This document shows, piece after piece, positions 1 through 30,662 of a stretch of DNA of 64,000 nucleotides. The DNA lies in the NCBI RefSeq assembly GCF_964355755.1, contig NC_092674.1, positions 7,378,001 to 7,442,000 of the forward strand, read 5' to 3'. The position numbers and the translations under genes are program-made. Under the pieces are notes generated by a model. The model did no database searches, was not told where the DNA came from, and saw nothing but the letters and a program-made list of their open reading frames with translations. Position 1 is the first letter of the stretch; the number at the start of each line of letters is the position of its first letter. The stretch is from Antedon mediterranea (Eukaryota > Animalia > Echinodermata).

Positions 1-342
1 ACTGTCACATGTTTGGCCTTTGACAAATAAAGTTTTCTTGTATCTGAATGTATCTGTATCTTGTCATTATTTATAGATATGAAAAAACATCAAAGTGATT
101 AATTATTTATAGATTTATAAATAATGATAATATGTTTATTTATATATAGTTGAAACCTTTTCCAAGCTCCATTGTTGATGATGATGATGTCATCATGATG
201 ATACAAATTGACAGACTAAAAGAGGTAGTGACGATCTTTTATTTTCTTAAACAAAATTGAGTTGAATGTGATAGTAATATATGACTCTTGAAACAAAAAG
301 TGGCAATTTAGATTTGGAAGCGCTTGATTAAATCAAGGACTT

Positions 343-536
343 AAGCCCTGTCTTTATACTATCAAACTTTATGTGAAAATGTGATGAAGTCATATCACGA
401 CCATTTTTGGGCATATCACTACAATAATTTGAGCACATCACACTTTTTGTGTCAAACTAGTTTCATATTAAAGCTCTGTCTACACCTATCAAACTAGTTT
501 GACAAAAAAATGTGATGTGCCTGACATCATCATGTC
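343..536. mobile_element. Abundant short Harbinger-like MITE family (AGCTCTGTCTACACTATCAAACT ends); other copies near 11675-11815, 12480-12590, 19089-19180, 20769-20918, 22819-22962 and 24490-24616
   Basis: Recurring TGTCTACACTATCAAACT / GATATCACTACCATATTTGGGCACATCACA / AGTTTGATAGTGTAGACAGAGCT in both orientations. Confidence 0.85.
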
Positions 537-758
537 CTTTTTTCGTTGAGGGCGGAATTGTGCTTTTGTTTTCACACACATGATGCCTCAGTAAACACAG
601 TGTTGGAAGTAGACGTGAGGAGGAGAGAGGAGTGTTAAAAGGAATCAGTCAGTGTGAAAAGGACGTAGGCCTAGGATACAAAAACAACAAATCTAGGCGT
701 GTTTTGTAGTAAGGCAGTAATAAGTAGGCCTAGCTGCTTGCATACATATTATTACATA

Positions 759-18531
<17,773 letters not shown>

Positions 18532-18823
18532 AAACTGAAAAACTATATATTTTAAAAAATATGTTGAATTTGGTGATAACTGATGAAGGAGGATGTTAAT
18601 ATGATTGTTGATAAGGACATCAAAAACTAATAATAGTAAAGATGATATTTATTCAAAGCTTATTTTGGCTTTTTTTACACCTCATTTTCATCTGCCGTAG
18701 CCTGATTTTAAAAAATAGATAAAATTTAAGACTACTTTTGTTGTATTCTTTCATAAGAGGCTGCATTTTAAAGTTCTTGTTAGTATTTTATATTATGAAA
18801 TGTTGTATAATAATATTGAACAT

Positions 18824-19048
18824 TAAATAAATACAGATTAACTTTTAGTTAAACCAGTTGACAAGTACTTACTTTTACTACGTTTCAGCTACTATGACGA
18901 ATGACAGAACATCATGTCAACGTCATTTGCGTGAACAAGGCTACTGAAAGTAGCTGAAACGTAGCAAGTAAGTACTTGTCAACTGGTTTAACTAAAAGTT
19001 AATCTGTATTTATTTAATATCCATTGAAACCAGATGAAATTTTTTGAG
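18824..19048. mobile_element. Penelope-like insertion: inverted pseudo-LTR fragments plus tail
   Basis: Near-perfect inverted arms of about 70 bp at 18822-18893 and 18949-19018, and a 30-nt tail. 12-bp direct repeat AATATTGAACAT at 18812-18823 and 19049-19060. Hammerhead-like motif at about 18927-18967. Confidence 0.6.
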
Positions 19049-19734
19049 AATATTGAACATGTTAGTATATTGTTTACTAAAAGCCTAAAGCTCTGTTTAC
19101 ACTATCAATTGTTATGTGATAAATGTGATGTGGACATTATGATGCCATATCACTACCATATTTGGGCACATCAAACTTTTTTGTATGCCTTTCATTTTCT
19201 GCATGATCCACAGTTGACCAAATTATGAAGACATTTGTTACTGTATGTTGACAGCTAATACATGGAGTTGGGCAGGTTCATAAATTATTATTTTTGTAAA
19301 TTAAACTACATTGAGGTTTTAAATTGGTTTTTATTGAACATTTGATAAATTTATTCATTTGATGCTAACAAGTGGTGTCAATGCAATGTACAGTATATAA
19401 ATGATTAAAATGCACAATTTATATTTGAATAAATTTTGGTAGAAAAAAGTGTCTATTTTTCTACAATTTTCTTCTTATAAATAATGTTAATAAAGTTTGC
19501 TCCATTATTACTATTGGATTGTAATTTATTGTTTAATATTTATTATTATACTATTACTTTAAGTTATTCCACCAATCACATGTTTTTTTATAATCACCTA
19601 TTAATGAATATTCAGAGTTACGCCCTCTCTAGATCAGAAAAGTTTTTTGTTGTTGTTTACATCCGGGCCCTACCGCGAATATATCACCTTTTTTCGGACA
19701 ACAACAAATGGGTAGCAAGGAAGGGCAGCAGCAG

Positions 19735-20265
19735 GAGGCCTAAACAATTATGTATAGGCCTAGGCCTAGTATGTCTACGACCCTAGTCTAGAGCCATGCT
19801 ACTAGTAGGCTAGGCATATTTCTATAAAGGCCTGACCCTAGCTAGCCTAGGCTAGGCCTACTTAAATAGGTAGGCTAGCTAGGCTAGACTACACACCACT
19901 CCTAGCCCTACTACTTATTTTATGCCTAGCCTAGTAGAGGGTTGATGTGTAGGGCCTAGCTAGGCTACTATTATTAATAATATGCCTAGGCCTATGCTAG
20001 CTTACTAGCTAGGCTATTAGTATTAACTATTATTAGGCCTATGCCTACCTTGATAGGAGTAGACCAAGGTAGGCCTATCCTTAGTTAGGCTAAATGGGAC
20101 TGCAAGGGCACTATAATACTACTGTAACTATGCTAAGGCTAGTATTAGTAGTAGGCCTAGTAGGCCTTAGTAGTACTCTAGGCTAGGTCTTGCATGTAGC
20201 CAGGCTCGGCGAGTAAATAGTATTGTGTAGTAGGAGTAGGCCTACTAGGCTCAGCTAGCCTAGAA
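19735..20265. repeat. Dense cluster of TAGGCCTA / TAGGCTA / TAGCCTA / TAGCTA motifs at the 5' end of MCMDC2
   Basis: Directly visible and non-periodic. It lies between a CpG-containing patch (about 19620-19710) and the acceptor at 20300-20301. Confidence 0.85.
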
Positions 20266-20390
20266 GAGGTGGTCTACACTAATAATTGTGATTTCTTTCA
20301 GATACTCTGTTGAAATCTTGATAATTAAGATGAGATTAAATTAATTGATTCTTGACGTACTGTAAAAAGAACAAAAACATTGACATCAAA

Positions 20391-23300
20391 ATGCAAGACC
20401 TACATGAAGCTGCAGTTTTGTATTTAGACAAAACTAAACAATTTGAACATTTGCGCAAAAGAAGTGAATTATATAAAACAAAATCACAGGTAACAAAAAA
20501 TCCTCAATTATAATCAAACCTTAAAATAATAATAAAATGAGTGTTATGTTTTGTAGTGATTAATAATTAGATTGGCACACACACTAATTATTTAATTTTT
20601 TTTTTTTATTTCAGTCTGTGTATTTTTATACAGTTTCCATCAACTCAGTAGATCTAGTTGAATTCAATGGTATGTAAGTGTTTCTTGTTTTTGTGTCGGT
20701 AAAGACCATATAGTTACAGAGACCCTTCATTTTATTTTCCATCCCGGACTTCCAACCCACCTAATCTAAAGCTACACAACACAAATTTGATGTGACACGA
20801 AAATGTGATGGCCCATATATGGATATGATGTCATATCACTACCACATTTATGCATATCACTACCATATTTGGTCACATATTTTTTGTCGAACTAGTTTGA
20901 TAGTTAAGACAGAGATTTAGTTAATGCAGTTTTCAAACTATTTTGTTTTCTATAATAATATTAATAATTTATATTTTCACAATATATGGTAAACATATGT
21001 TTGTTAATGGTATTGTACCATTGTTTGTTTTTCCAGCAAATCTTGGAAACATGGTTTTAAATCAACCACAGTTGGCTACGAAAATCTTTCAAGAGGTAAT
21101 AATTTAAAATTAATTTTTAAAAATGAATATTAAAAGAGTGTTCTCAATGTACTTATTAGATTAGCGCAAACATCTGAGACAATTACTGAACTCCATGATG
21201 CAAAGCTACTCCACAGTTGATCAAGCTCGGTGGTCTATAGGTAAGAGCACCAGACTAGTGATCTGGAGGTTGTGGGTTCGAGTCCCACATGAGAATTACT
21301 TGTCATTTTTTTTGGCAAGTGTTCTGAATATATTTAGTATAAAGTACAAAATTACGTCAGAGTATGGCAAAACATCGGGCCAATTAAAAATGAAATTATT
21401 GATATTAATAATCTAATTTGATTATTATTTATGGTATGTAGCATTCATATGTTTAAAAAACAATTGATTATACAAAGTCTATCCTCTTGATTAATATAAC
21501 ACACGCCTCCTATTATTGTGTATTTAAAAAAATGTTAAATTCATTGATTTTTTTTTCTTTTAGATAGTTTACATAGCAGTTAAGTCGTTATCATTGGTAG
21601 ACGGTGATCCTCTATGCAGTCAAGTATCAGTCAGTTTAAAGTTGACATTTATTCCAAGTTTATCAAGGTTAGATATTTAGAAGAACAATTGTTAATTGTC
21701 AACATAATGTTGCCTTATTTATTAAAAACAAGTAATTACTGTATATTTATGAATCAATTTCAGTTATATACTTAAGCCAAGTCAGATGTGGAAATGTAAT
21801 TTTGAATCAAGATTCTTCCAGTTTGAAGGGGTCATTTGCAGCATGACTACCAGAACCCAATACACGTATGTGCAACATCTTTACCAGTACTTAGAGAGGT
21901 CTTTCAGTGACAAGAAGTGCTTAAAGCTTGTTTTCCACTAGCAAATTTTGTCGTGCGAATGTAATGTTTTCGGAGAGAAAAAAGTTGTTCTTGTCTTTCC
22001 CACATTTCAGCTTTTTGATTCGCATGAATGCTCATAAACGCGATTTGCAAGATGAAAATATAAATACGCTTAAGCTGATGGTTTTAATTCGCGCCAACAA
22101 ATTCGCTTAGTGGAAAACCAGCTTACTTTACAAGCATGATGAGGCCAAGTTAGACTGTTTCAGGAATTTAAATGTTATAATGAGGATATGATATTAATTA
22201 TAATAATATGATAAGTGTTATAGACTATTTGTAAGAAGTGGAGCAGGCAGCCTTAATCATCAGATTGTAATGCAAAAGATAAGACATCAAATTAATTAAG
22301 CTCAGCCCTTCATTTCACCATTTTTTAGGCCCTGGGCCCACACATGTTTCAAAATCCTGGATCCGCCACTACCAGTATATGATAACATTATTTAGTGTTT
22401 TATTTGTAATTTAAACCATAGAAAATGTGCAAAGTTTAAATGTTCGGTAGCAAACTGCATTGGTGCATTGGACAATTCACATATAAGATTCCATGCAGCA
22501 GGTGTGAGGGAAAGTCAAACAATAAGGTGAGTTAAGATTCAATTATTAAAATGGTTCTCACTATCAAAATGAATGAATATAATTTTGATAGAGTTACAAA
22601 AAAGGTATTGCTTTATAAAAAATGAGTTTGGATTGAGTATTAATTGTGAATTAAGAATTTAATTAAAATCATTTTGTTTAAAAACAGGAAGGATTTCAGT
22701 TGTATGTATTGTGCTGCCAAATTGATTGAGGATGTTCATCATAGGATTCTAGGAGGTAACAATAAATTTACATTTGCATAATATTTGAACTATCCACAAC
22801 AACACAATAGTTAAATTAAAGTCCTGTCTACAGTACCAAACTTTATGTGAGAAATATATGGACACGATGACATCATATCACTACCATATTTGGGGATATC
22901 ACTACCATATTTGGGTACATCACACTTTTTTTGTCAAACTACTTTGATAGTGTAGACAGAGCAAGAGATACTGAATTTTAAAAGAAAATAAATATATAAT
23001 GTATTTTCTGTGTTGCAGATAAACTGGTTGTTCAGATGGTACATTCATCTGCACTCTGCTCGTCCAATGAGGTTTCTAACAAATCGGCAACAAGATTTCA
23101 ATCAATTGTTGCATTCTTTAGAGGTATATACAATGAATTAATGTTTAATACAGTCAGTGGCAGATGCAGGATTTTTGAAATAGTGGGTCCAGGGCCTAAA
23201 AATGTTGAAGTGCTGAACAGTTGAACTAAACCTAATGTCCTATCTTTTGCATTGTAATTTTAGACATTTAAGATTGATTCCAGCCATCTTGGATCCGCCT

Positions 23301-26300
23301 ATGGATAAAAACACAAGTTCTATTTCCTAAAAAAAATACTGCGTGGTATTTTTTAATTCTGGCCAATTATCGCTTGTCTGTGTCAAATGAAAGTGGTGTT
23401 AGTTATAATCCATTAGGACTATTTTAGAAATGGATTGACTACTACTGTATATCATATTGGTCTTCCATGTTGGAAGTCAACACAAGTATGTAGTGTAGGT
23501 ACCCAGCAAGTTGGTTGTTTGTTGTGTCCATCTACATCTATTTACTCTTTTGTTTTTTTTTTTACTTTATAGATGATTTAATTGACAAAATACATATTGG
23601 AGGCTCTTATAAAGTTATTGGTATACCTGTGAAAGAGATTAAAGGTGTTATAACAGAGGTTTTTGTTGAGGTTAATAACATTATACCTAAGGTGAGAATT
23701 TTCATTTTAATTAAAAGATAACAATTAAAATACTTAACTGTAGTGAAACATGTAGAACTGCTATTAAGGGAAAATCTTCAGGACCCAATAAAATGTCCTC
23801 TTTGTCCATAGTGCTAAAGCATTGCTACGCATTACATTTAAGTAGAATTGTCGAGCTGTCAAAAGATAATAAACTGGTGTTGTCTTTCGGGGAAGGCTTA
23901 TTAAAATCCCAGCTGTTTAGAGAAATACTTCCCCCTCTTCATAAGCCAGCTCGGTCTCTCAGATTCAACCGCTTTCTTGAAGTACCTCATTCTAAAACCA
24001 GCAGACTTAGGTCATCTCCAGTTCCCACCATGGTGGATATAATTAATAGGCAGCACTAGCTCTTTTTTAGATATGTAATAAGGTGAATGTTTTAAGGTTT
24101 TTTATTCATGTATGTTTTTTTAATTTTATGGTACGATATCTAATTTTAATAAGATGTTTCTATTTTTATAGCAATTTTAACTAATTTTTATTTATTTGTA
24201 ATACAATTCATTTCAGTCCTTGACTGTCGTTTTGTAATATATTTTTATATACCGAATAAAATAAAATGAAAAAAAATAATATAGAAAGCAGAAATAGTTA
24301 CAATTACAGTTACAATTTTAATTATGCTTATTTTTTAGACGATACAAGAACAAACAATTCCACTCAAAATACAACAGCTTCTTACTGGTAAACCACACAT
24401 TTTTTGTTTTATTTAAAAACTTTATAATTATCAACTTACAATAAAGTTTATTCTCATTATAATACTTTAGGACTGTGAACTCCTAATCTAAAAAATTGTG
24501 ATGTGCCCAAATATGGTAGTGATATGCCCAAATATGGTAGTGATATGACATCATCATGTCCATATATGAGCACATCACATTATTTTGTCACATAAAGTTT
24601 GATAATGTAGACAGCTTTATATTATTATATTTTATTTAATTGACAGATAATCAACATTCACCATGGGGATTTGTATCAAGATTGGTTGATAGTTTTGCTG
24701 TGTATATATGCCCTAGTGGAACTTACCACAGTCTAAAATTAGCTATACTATTCAGCCTCATTCAAACAAAGGAAGATGCCCCTAAAGTAAGCATTGTTAC
24801 GCTATACAGTAGTATGTATTGTTAGTATTAATATAATATATACCGTATATGATCGAGTATAGTTCCAGGGGGTTGAATACAAGAATTTTATTTTTATTTA
24901 TTTGTTAATTTCGTAGCTTAAGTTAGTTAAGGTACCAAGCTTGATTAGCTTCGGCTATACCTTGGCTACCTTTTGTATTAAATTGTTTTTTGTTTGATAC
25001 AATAAAGAAGATTATTATTAAAATTTGAGAAAATTATAAATGGGTTTGGGAAACTATACTTAGATATTGAAAGATCCTGAATTTGATATATGATAACATT
25101 ATTTATTTCAAGCAAGATGCTTTACTCTCATTGCCTTGTCCTTCGGATGGGACATACTGTAAAGCTGGATGCCATGGGTCCATAGAGGGCTAATGCGAAT
25201 TTCCTCAGTTTCCAGCTAAGCTTGTGGACGATAATAAAGACCTTTAACTTTATTTTTGACATCAAAGAATTCAAATTATTCTATTAGCACCATTACTACT
25301 GCTGTTATATATATTACATATTAGCAATGTTTCGTATGTACAATTGCTTCCCAGTTAAACATCCTAGCTGTTGGATCCTCCACTCATATCATGTCAAGGT
25401 TACTGACATTCGGTGCTAAACTGGTCGATAGAAGTATTATTACATCACCGTCGAGTGAAGACATCTTCTCATCTGTTAGTTCAGAGACTTACGGAACAGG
25501 TGTATGTAGTGTAGATGGTGAGTTAATTTAAATTTAAATGATTACAGATTTAAGTAATAATCTTTTTGATATACAGCATTTAAAAGATTTAAAAGTTAAT
25601 AGTATACTAGTATGAATGTAGTTCATGGTAAAACAATGAACCGAACTGTAATATCCAGATTTTTTTCTGATGGTCAAAAAAGTGTCACTACTTAAGCCTC
25701 ATTATTTTTTCTTCCTGTTATTAGTGGGTCAGGTATTCTCTGTTAAAAAGAAATAAGGAAAACAAAATTACACTTTAAAAATAGATACTGATAATTATTT
25801 TTGTATATCATTTCAGCTGGATCTCTGGCATTAGCTGATGATGGTGTTTGTATAGTGGGTGAAGTCAGTACTTTTAAGCGACACACACTAGAAAGGTTGA
25901 CAACAAGTGAGTTTTGAAAACCTATACAATGTCAGCTGTAATATACATTACAAAATGTGTAGTGTTCTTCTCCTGTCCTCACAACCATGTTTACATGGCT
26001 AGATTGTAACACTATGATAATTTGTGAGATTCCATAAAAGAAATTGTAAAAGAAATTGTATCCAACTTTTTAAAATAGCATTAGAAAAAAACACAGAATC
26101 AGTGGGTATCCCACGACGATATGTGGAGACGTCCAACGTTGAAGAGTTAAACATTCCATTGAGATGCAGTGTGTGGGGAACGTTTTACACATCTAAAACA
26201 AATTATAATCAGCATCTGTTTGCTCATGAAAAAACAAAAAAAGTGAGTACAGAACTTTATTTATAGAATTTTATTTGGAGACTTTATGAAGATAGAGAAA

Positions 26301-29300
26301 ATGGGAGAGAGACGTTTGGAGAGTGTTTAACAGACTCTGTTTTATTTAATTACTTGATTACCATTCACCTTTAGAGGTGCTAAAAAAAAGAGTGATAACG
26401 TTAATATCCATAGTATCCTAAATAAATCTAAAACCAACTGATTCAGTCTAATATTTTTTACCTACAAAGGTATGACTGAAATTTATGACTGATTTATCTA
26501 ACTACAGGCAAAACAGTGCCGCGAAAAGTTTACAATATGAAACAAATACCTTGATTTTAATTTTTTGTTACAATGTTTACGACCTCGTGGAAGACGAGTT
26601 TTTCTTTCTGTTGCAAAAATAAAGATTTTATTATTATTATTATGGAAGGCTACTGTGGCCAGAATAGATAACAAACTAAAATTCAACCTAATTAAACAAA
26701 CATGAAACAAAAAGCCATGCCAATAATGGTTAAACATTAGAAATATAATGTATTAACTACTACCTACTTGAATTAGTAATGCTTTATTTACTATCATTTT
26801 TAGACATCAGAGCTGGGTCAAGTTTTTCAACTGTAAGTATAGCTTGTCACTAAAAAAAATGAACTCATTTTTTTTCCAGATCTATAAATAAAATTTATTA
26901 CTGAATGTTTGCAATCAAATGTCATATTTGAACGTAAGTTACCAAACTGTAAATTATTAAATAAGCACTACAAAATTACCTATGCACAATACTAACTTTA
27001 TTTTATTTTCACTGAGCGTTCTAGTATAAACTTCTGAAATAATTACTGTAAAGAACATGCTTAGATGGCTAATCACCAATTTAAGACATCATCATGTACA
27101 TGGAAATAAATAAGTACTACAAGTGAATTAGTACAGTACAGTCTTTTTATATCTTGACATAATTATTATTTTTATTGACATTGTTTCAAGTGGGTTTAAC
27201 ATAGTTTGCGTCTGCGATGGGCTGGAATCTGCAAGAGATGATCTTGTTAATGCAAAGCTGGCTAGTTCTGTATTGAGCTCAGCCATGTTACCTGATGATG
27301 TTGAATTTGATGTTACCAACAACAGTGTATGTGTTGAAGATCTAAAACAGGTAAATTACATGTAAACAATTATTGTTAAAAATTGTTGTGTTATATAAAG
27401 AATACGAAATACTAAGGTATAAGGTTACATTTGTTAGTGTAAGATAATAAGTGTAATATTAATAATCACATTATAGATATGAATTTTTCTGTGTTTTTAG
27501 TTTATATCATTTGCGAGAAATCGTGAAGTGACTTTAAGCAAAAGTGCTGAGATGCTGATTCGTGGATACTTTGTAGGCAGTAGAAGAGTTCGAAGTGGGA
27601 GTGTACATGCAACACCCATGCCACAGTCAGCTTTACAGACATTGTAAGTCATTTAAGATGTTTACTTATGTAAGTTGATGACCACCTATCATAACATTTA
27701 ACTTGAAAATAGATTATACAGTAGCAAACACTGTAGCTCTATCAAAATTGTGCAGGGCTGGATCTGCTATTGCTATTATATGTTATATAAATTATAATAA
27801 CTATGAATTTTTTCATACCACATTATTTTTGGCAGACTATAAATAACAGGTAAAGAATATAACTGCTATAATGTAAATCCCAACAATATAAATATAAGGA
27901 TAACACTAGTGGCTTGTTTTAATATCTATATTGGCATAAAGAACCCAAAAATCAATGATTAATATAAAATGCATCAAACATTTCATGAATTGGCAGACTG
28001 TGTCTTGCACATGCACACGCTAAACTAAGTCTGAGGCCTGAAGTGTTAATGGAAGATGCAACGGTAGCTGTGTTGATGTACGAGGAGACAATGACAATTA
28101 GACATGGTAAGAATTTTAATTGGTATTGTGTATTTTACCTTTAAAAAGATGTATTGTCCCCCCTGAAAAAATAATTCTTAAACAAATTTGTGTTGATTAA
28201 GTATGCCATTTTAATGTCCTGTAATAGTTTGACCAAAAATTGGATTGCCAGCCCATGGGTTTTTGGTTGAATTTAACTGATTGTTTTGTCATTTTATAAG
28301 TGAAAACACAATTTTTTCCATTTTGTTTCTATGGAAGTGATTAATTTTAGTAAAACTACAAAATAACCTATTCAAAGTCTGATTTAATTAATCTTCATTT
28401 TTTATGTTTTTGGGGGACAACACATCTTTAATATTTGATATACTTTTAGAGTCACCTTGAGTGCTCTAATTTCTATATAACTTCTTTTCTTGTGTGGTTC
28501 ATTCACACATAATGCATGTTTAGACTATTTTATACAGACCAGCTAGACTTCCCTGCACAGACAAATTTTATCTTAGTATTAGCATGATTATTATTGTCCC
28601 AACTGTATAATAAGCGATCTACGCTTGAAAACTGTAATTTTCTCATTTTTTGTTGTATTTTTTTTAGGCTGCTCTGTGTTGTCTGTAAAACCAACTATGT
28701 GCGAAAATACACTAACACCACAGGTTTGTATGAACAACGATAACTTTTAAAGCTATCAATCAGACAATATGTTTAATCTACATTACATAGATAAGCCTAT
28801 CTCATAGCCTCCCACACTGAAAATACTGTACATTTAAGGATAACACAAAATGTTCCACTGTCAATGATGGATCCAGGGGGGACATATGGCCATATTTATC
28901 ATTCACACTTGAGCTAACAGAAAGACCCTAAAGTGAATATAACTTAAGTGAAATTCCTACATATTTATTGACTTAAGTGAAATACAGGTTCTAAAAATAA
29001 CCTACTGTTCTATGTTTTGTTGTATTTGCCAACGTTTAGAAGGTCCCAACACCCCAACATCCAATCTCTCGGATCCACTTATGTTATCAGGAATGCATAA
29101 TAGCCTATTTGTTTCTTCCACAATTCATCTTTTGCATTGTAGATTAAAACAATTTTATTTTTTGATTTAATGATGAATGTAATATGCTTTGTGTTTTTAC
29201 TCTTTTCTGTTTTACGACTTTATTTTCAGGATGATAGCAATGTTTATCAGCTACAGACACAGCTTATAAGGTTCTGTCAGATTCATGCTGCTGAGGTGTT

Positions 29301-29322
29301 TACAGTCATATCAGAAGAATAA
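20391..29322 (+). CDS. MCMDC2: Minichromosome maintenance domain-containing protein 2 (meiotic MCM8/9-related protein), 20 coding exons, 680 aa
   Basis: Exons 20391-20489, 20615-20669, 21037-21095, 21564-21667, 21764-21865, 22422-22526, 22688-22755, 23019-23123, 23573-23691, 24339-24387, 24647-24786, 25325-25517, 25817-25906, 26079-26242, 26804-26832, 27191-27350, 27501-27643, 27997-28106, 28668-28723, 29230-29322 join in frame (2043 nt). Peptides recognisably collinear with vertebrate MCMDC2: EAAVLYLD, LGNMVLNQP, RFQSIVAFFRDD, YKVIGIP, PSGTYHSLKLAILFSLIQT, YGTGVCSVDAGSLALADDGVC, GYFVGSRRVRSGSV, HAHAKLSLRPEVLMEDA. Confidence 0.92.
21224..21295 (+). mobile_element. tRNA-Thr(AGT)-like SINE head or tRNA pseudogene; diverged copy on the minus strand near 13917-13980
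   Basis: A-box-like TGGTCTATAGG, anticodon arm CCAGA-CTAGTGA-TCTGG, T arm GTGGG-TTCGAGT-CCCAC. The acceptor stem pairs poorly. Confidence 0.65.
21925..22123. mobile_element. Harbinger-like MITE
   Basis: AGCTTGTTTTCCACTA / TAGTGGAAAACCAGCT inverted ends. Confidence 0.65.
23810..24270 (+). mobile_element. 5'-truncated CR1/L2-group LINE 3' fragment
   Basis: ORF tail LSFGEGLLKSQLFREILPP...LRFNRFLEVPHSKTSRLRSSPVPTMVDIIN resembles the C-terminus of CR1/L2-group ORF2. It is followed by a T-rich UTR, AATAAA and an A-rich tail. Confidence 0.55.
28147..28427. mobile_element. TTAA-flanked (Kolobok-like) MITE
   Basis: AGATGTATTGTCCCCC / GGGGGACAACACATCT|TTAA. Confidence 0.65.
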
Positions 29323-29860
29323 TCACAACTACGAATTGTTGTAATGTAGTGTTTTGCATTCTCCTTTGCATACCTTCTATCCATTTTATTTTTAGCTTTT
29401 TTGATATATTTATTCCTCTTGCCAGAGGAACACAGTGCAATATATGTCAATTTATCTATTATAAATTATATTGATATAAATAAATTACAAGTGTTTATTT
29501 AACGGAATTCAGATTATAAGAGAGTCATTGATACATAAAGAGATACAAGTAAATTTACTCTGTGATAAAACATTGATGTCTGATTTCTAGTTCCTAATTC
29601 AAATTCAATGAAAGGGACAGTCACAAATATTTAAAAAAACAAGATTTGAATACGTAATAACTGTCTAATTGAGTTGTTCAATCTAGGGTTGCTATTATAA
29701 AGCCACCTTTCACCTACTTGTTGTGTTTGCAAAGTAATCTATAAAATTCAAAGGTACGTTTTCTTTAGCAGTCAACAAATAAAAAACACCTGTAATATTT
29801 TGTAAGAATTGATAACATAAATTGTGTAGGCCCTTTAGAAGTGCAATATAAATAGTATTA

Positions 29861-30258
29861 AGGCCCATTTACACTAGGACGATAACGATGGACGATAAAT
29901 ATATAAACATGCATTTTTTTTTCATAAAACAAAATAAATTAGAAAGGTTTTTGTTCTAGAACTATAGGATAATCATTAGGCTGTCTTTGATAAAAATAAT
30001 ATTTTTAAAATTCCAATCAAATTACGTCATGATAAATAAAAACAATAAAATTGTTGTTTTGTGACGATATTATTGCTCTTACTAATCATGACGTCCTATT
30101 ATTGGACGTGTGAAAATATCATTTTTATCAAAGGAAGCATAGAAAGTTATTCTATAGTTCTAGAATGAAAAGTTTTTATATTTCTTTTGTTTTATGTATG
30201 AAAAATGGACATTTGTCTATTTATCGTCGATCGTTATCGTCCTAGTGTAAATGGGCCT
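29861..30258. mobile_element. PIF/Harbinger-like MITE, largely palindromic
   Basis: TTA|AGGCCCATTTACACTAGGACGATAACGAT ... ATCGTTATCGTCCTAGTGTAAATGGGCCT|TTA. Confidence 0.9.
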
Positions 30259-30404
30259 TTAGGAAGTTCAAAGTGCAGAAAAAGAAATTGGTGATATGAG
30301 TATGCCAATCACGGAGCGGTCAAAAGAAAGGACACATTCGTGGAGACAACATCAGCACCCGATCACGGTCATTGTCTTACAAAGTTTGTAGGTTAAATTA
30401 TTAT

Positions 30405-30662
30405 TTGTTAGTATAAAGTGCTGTTATATAGGTTATGTCTGAGTAGTGATATACAATGATATGATAGGCTAGCTAAGTTATATTGTAGGCCTAATTGTTA
30501 GTATAAAGTGCTGTTATATAGGTTATGTCTGAGTAGTGATATACAATGATATGATAGGCTAGCTAAGTTATATTGTAGGCCTAATTGTTAGTATAAAGTG
30601 CTGTTATATAGGTTTGTCTGTGTAGTGATATACTGTACAATATGATAGGCTGGCTAAATTAT
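30405..30662. repeat. 90-bp tandem repeat, about 2.9 copies
   Basis: TTGTTAGTATAAAGTGCTGTTATATAGG... recurs at 30405, 30495 and 30585. Confidence 0.95.

Noticed and set aside
150-224. AG...GT-bounded 75-nt stretch reading LKPFPSSIVDDDDVIMMIQIDRLKE, reminiscent of the VDRLKE motif
   Set aside because: Its phase-0 end does not join the exon at 5799, the similarity is too short, and upstream context is outside the window.
29861-30258. AGGCCC-ended MITE as the donor of the TAGGCCTA footprints
   Set aside because: It has a 3-bp TTA duplication typical of PIF/Harbinger, not a TA duplication, so it does not readily explain TA to TAGGCCTA.
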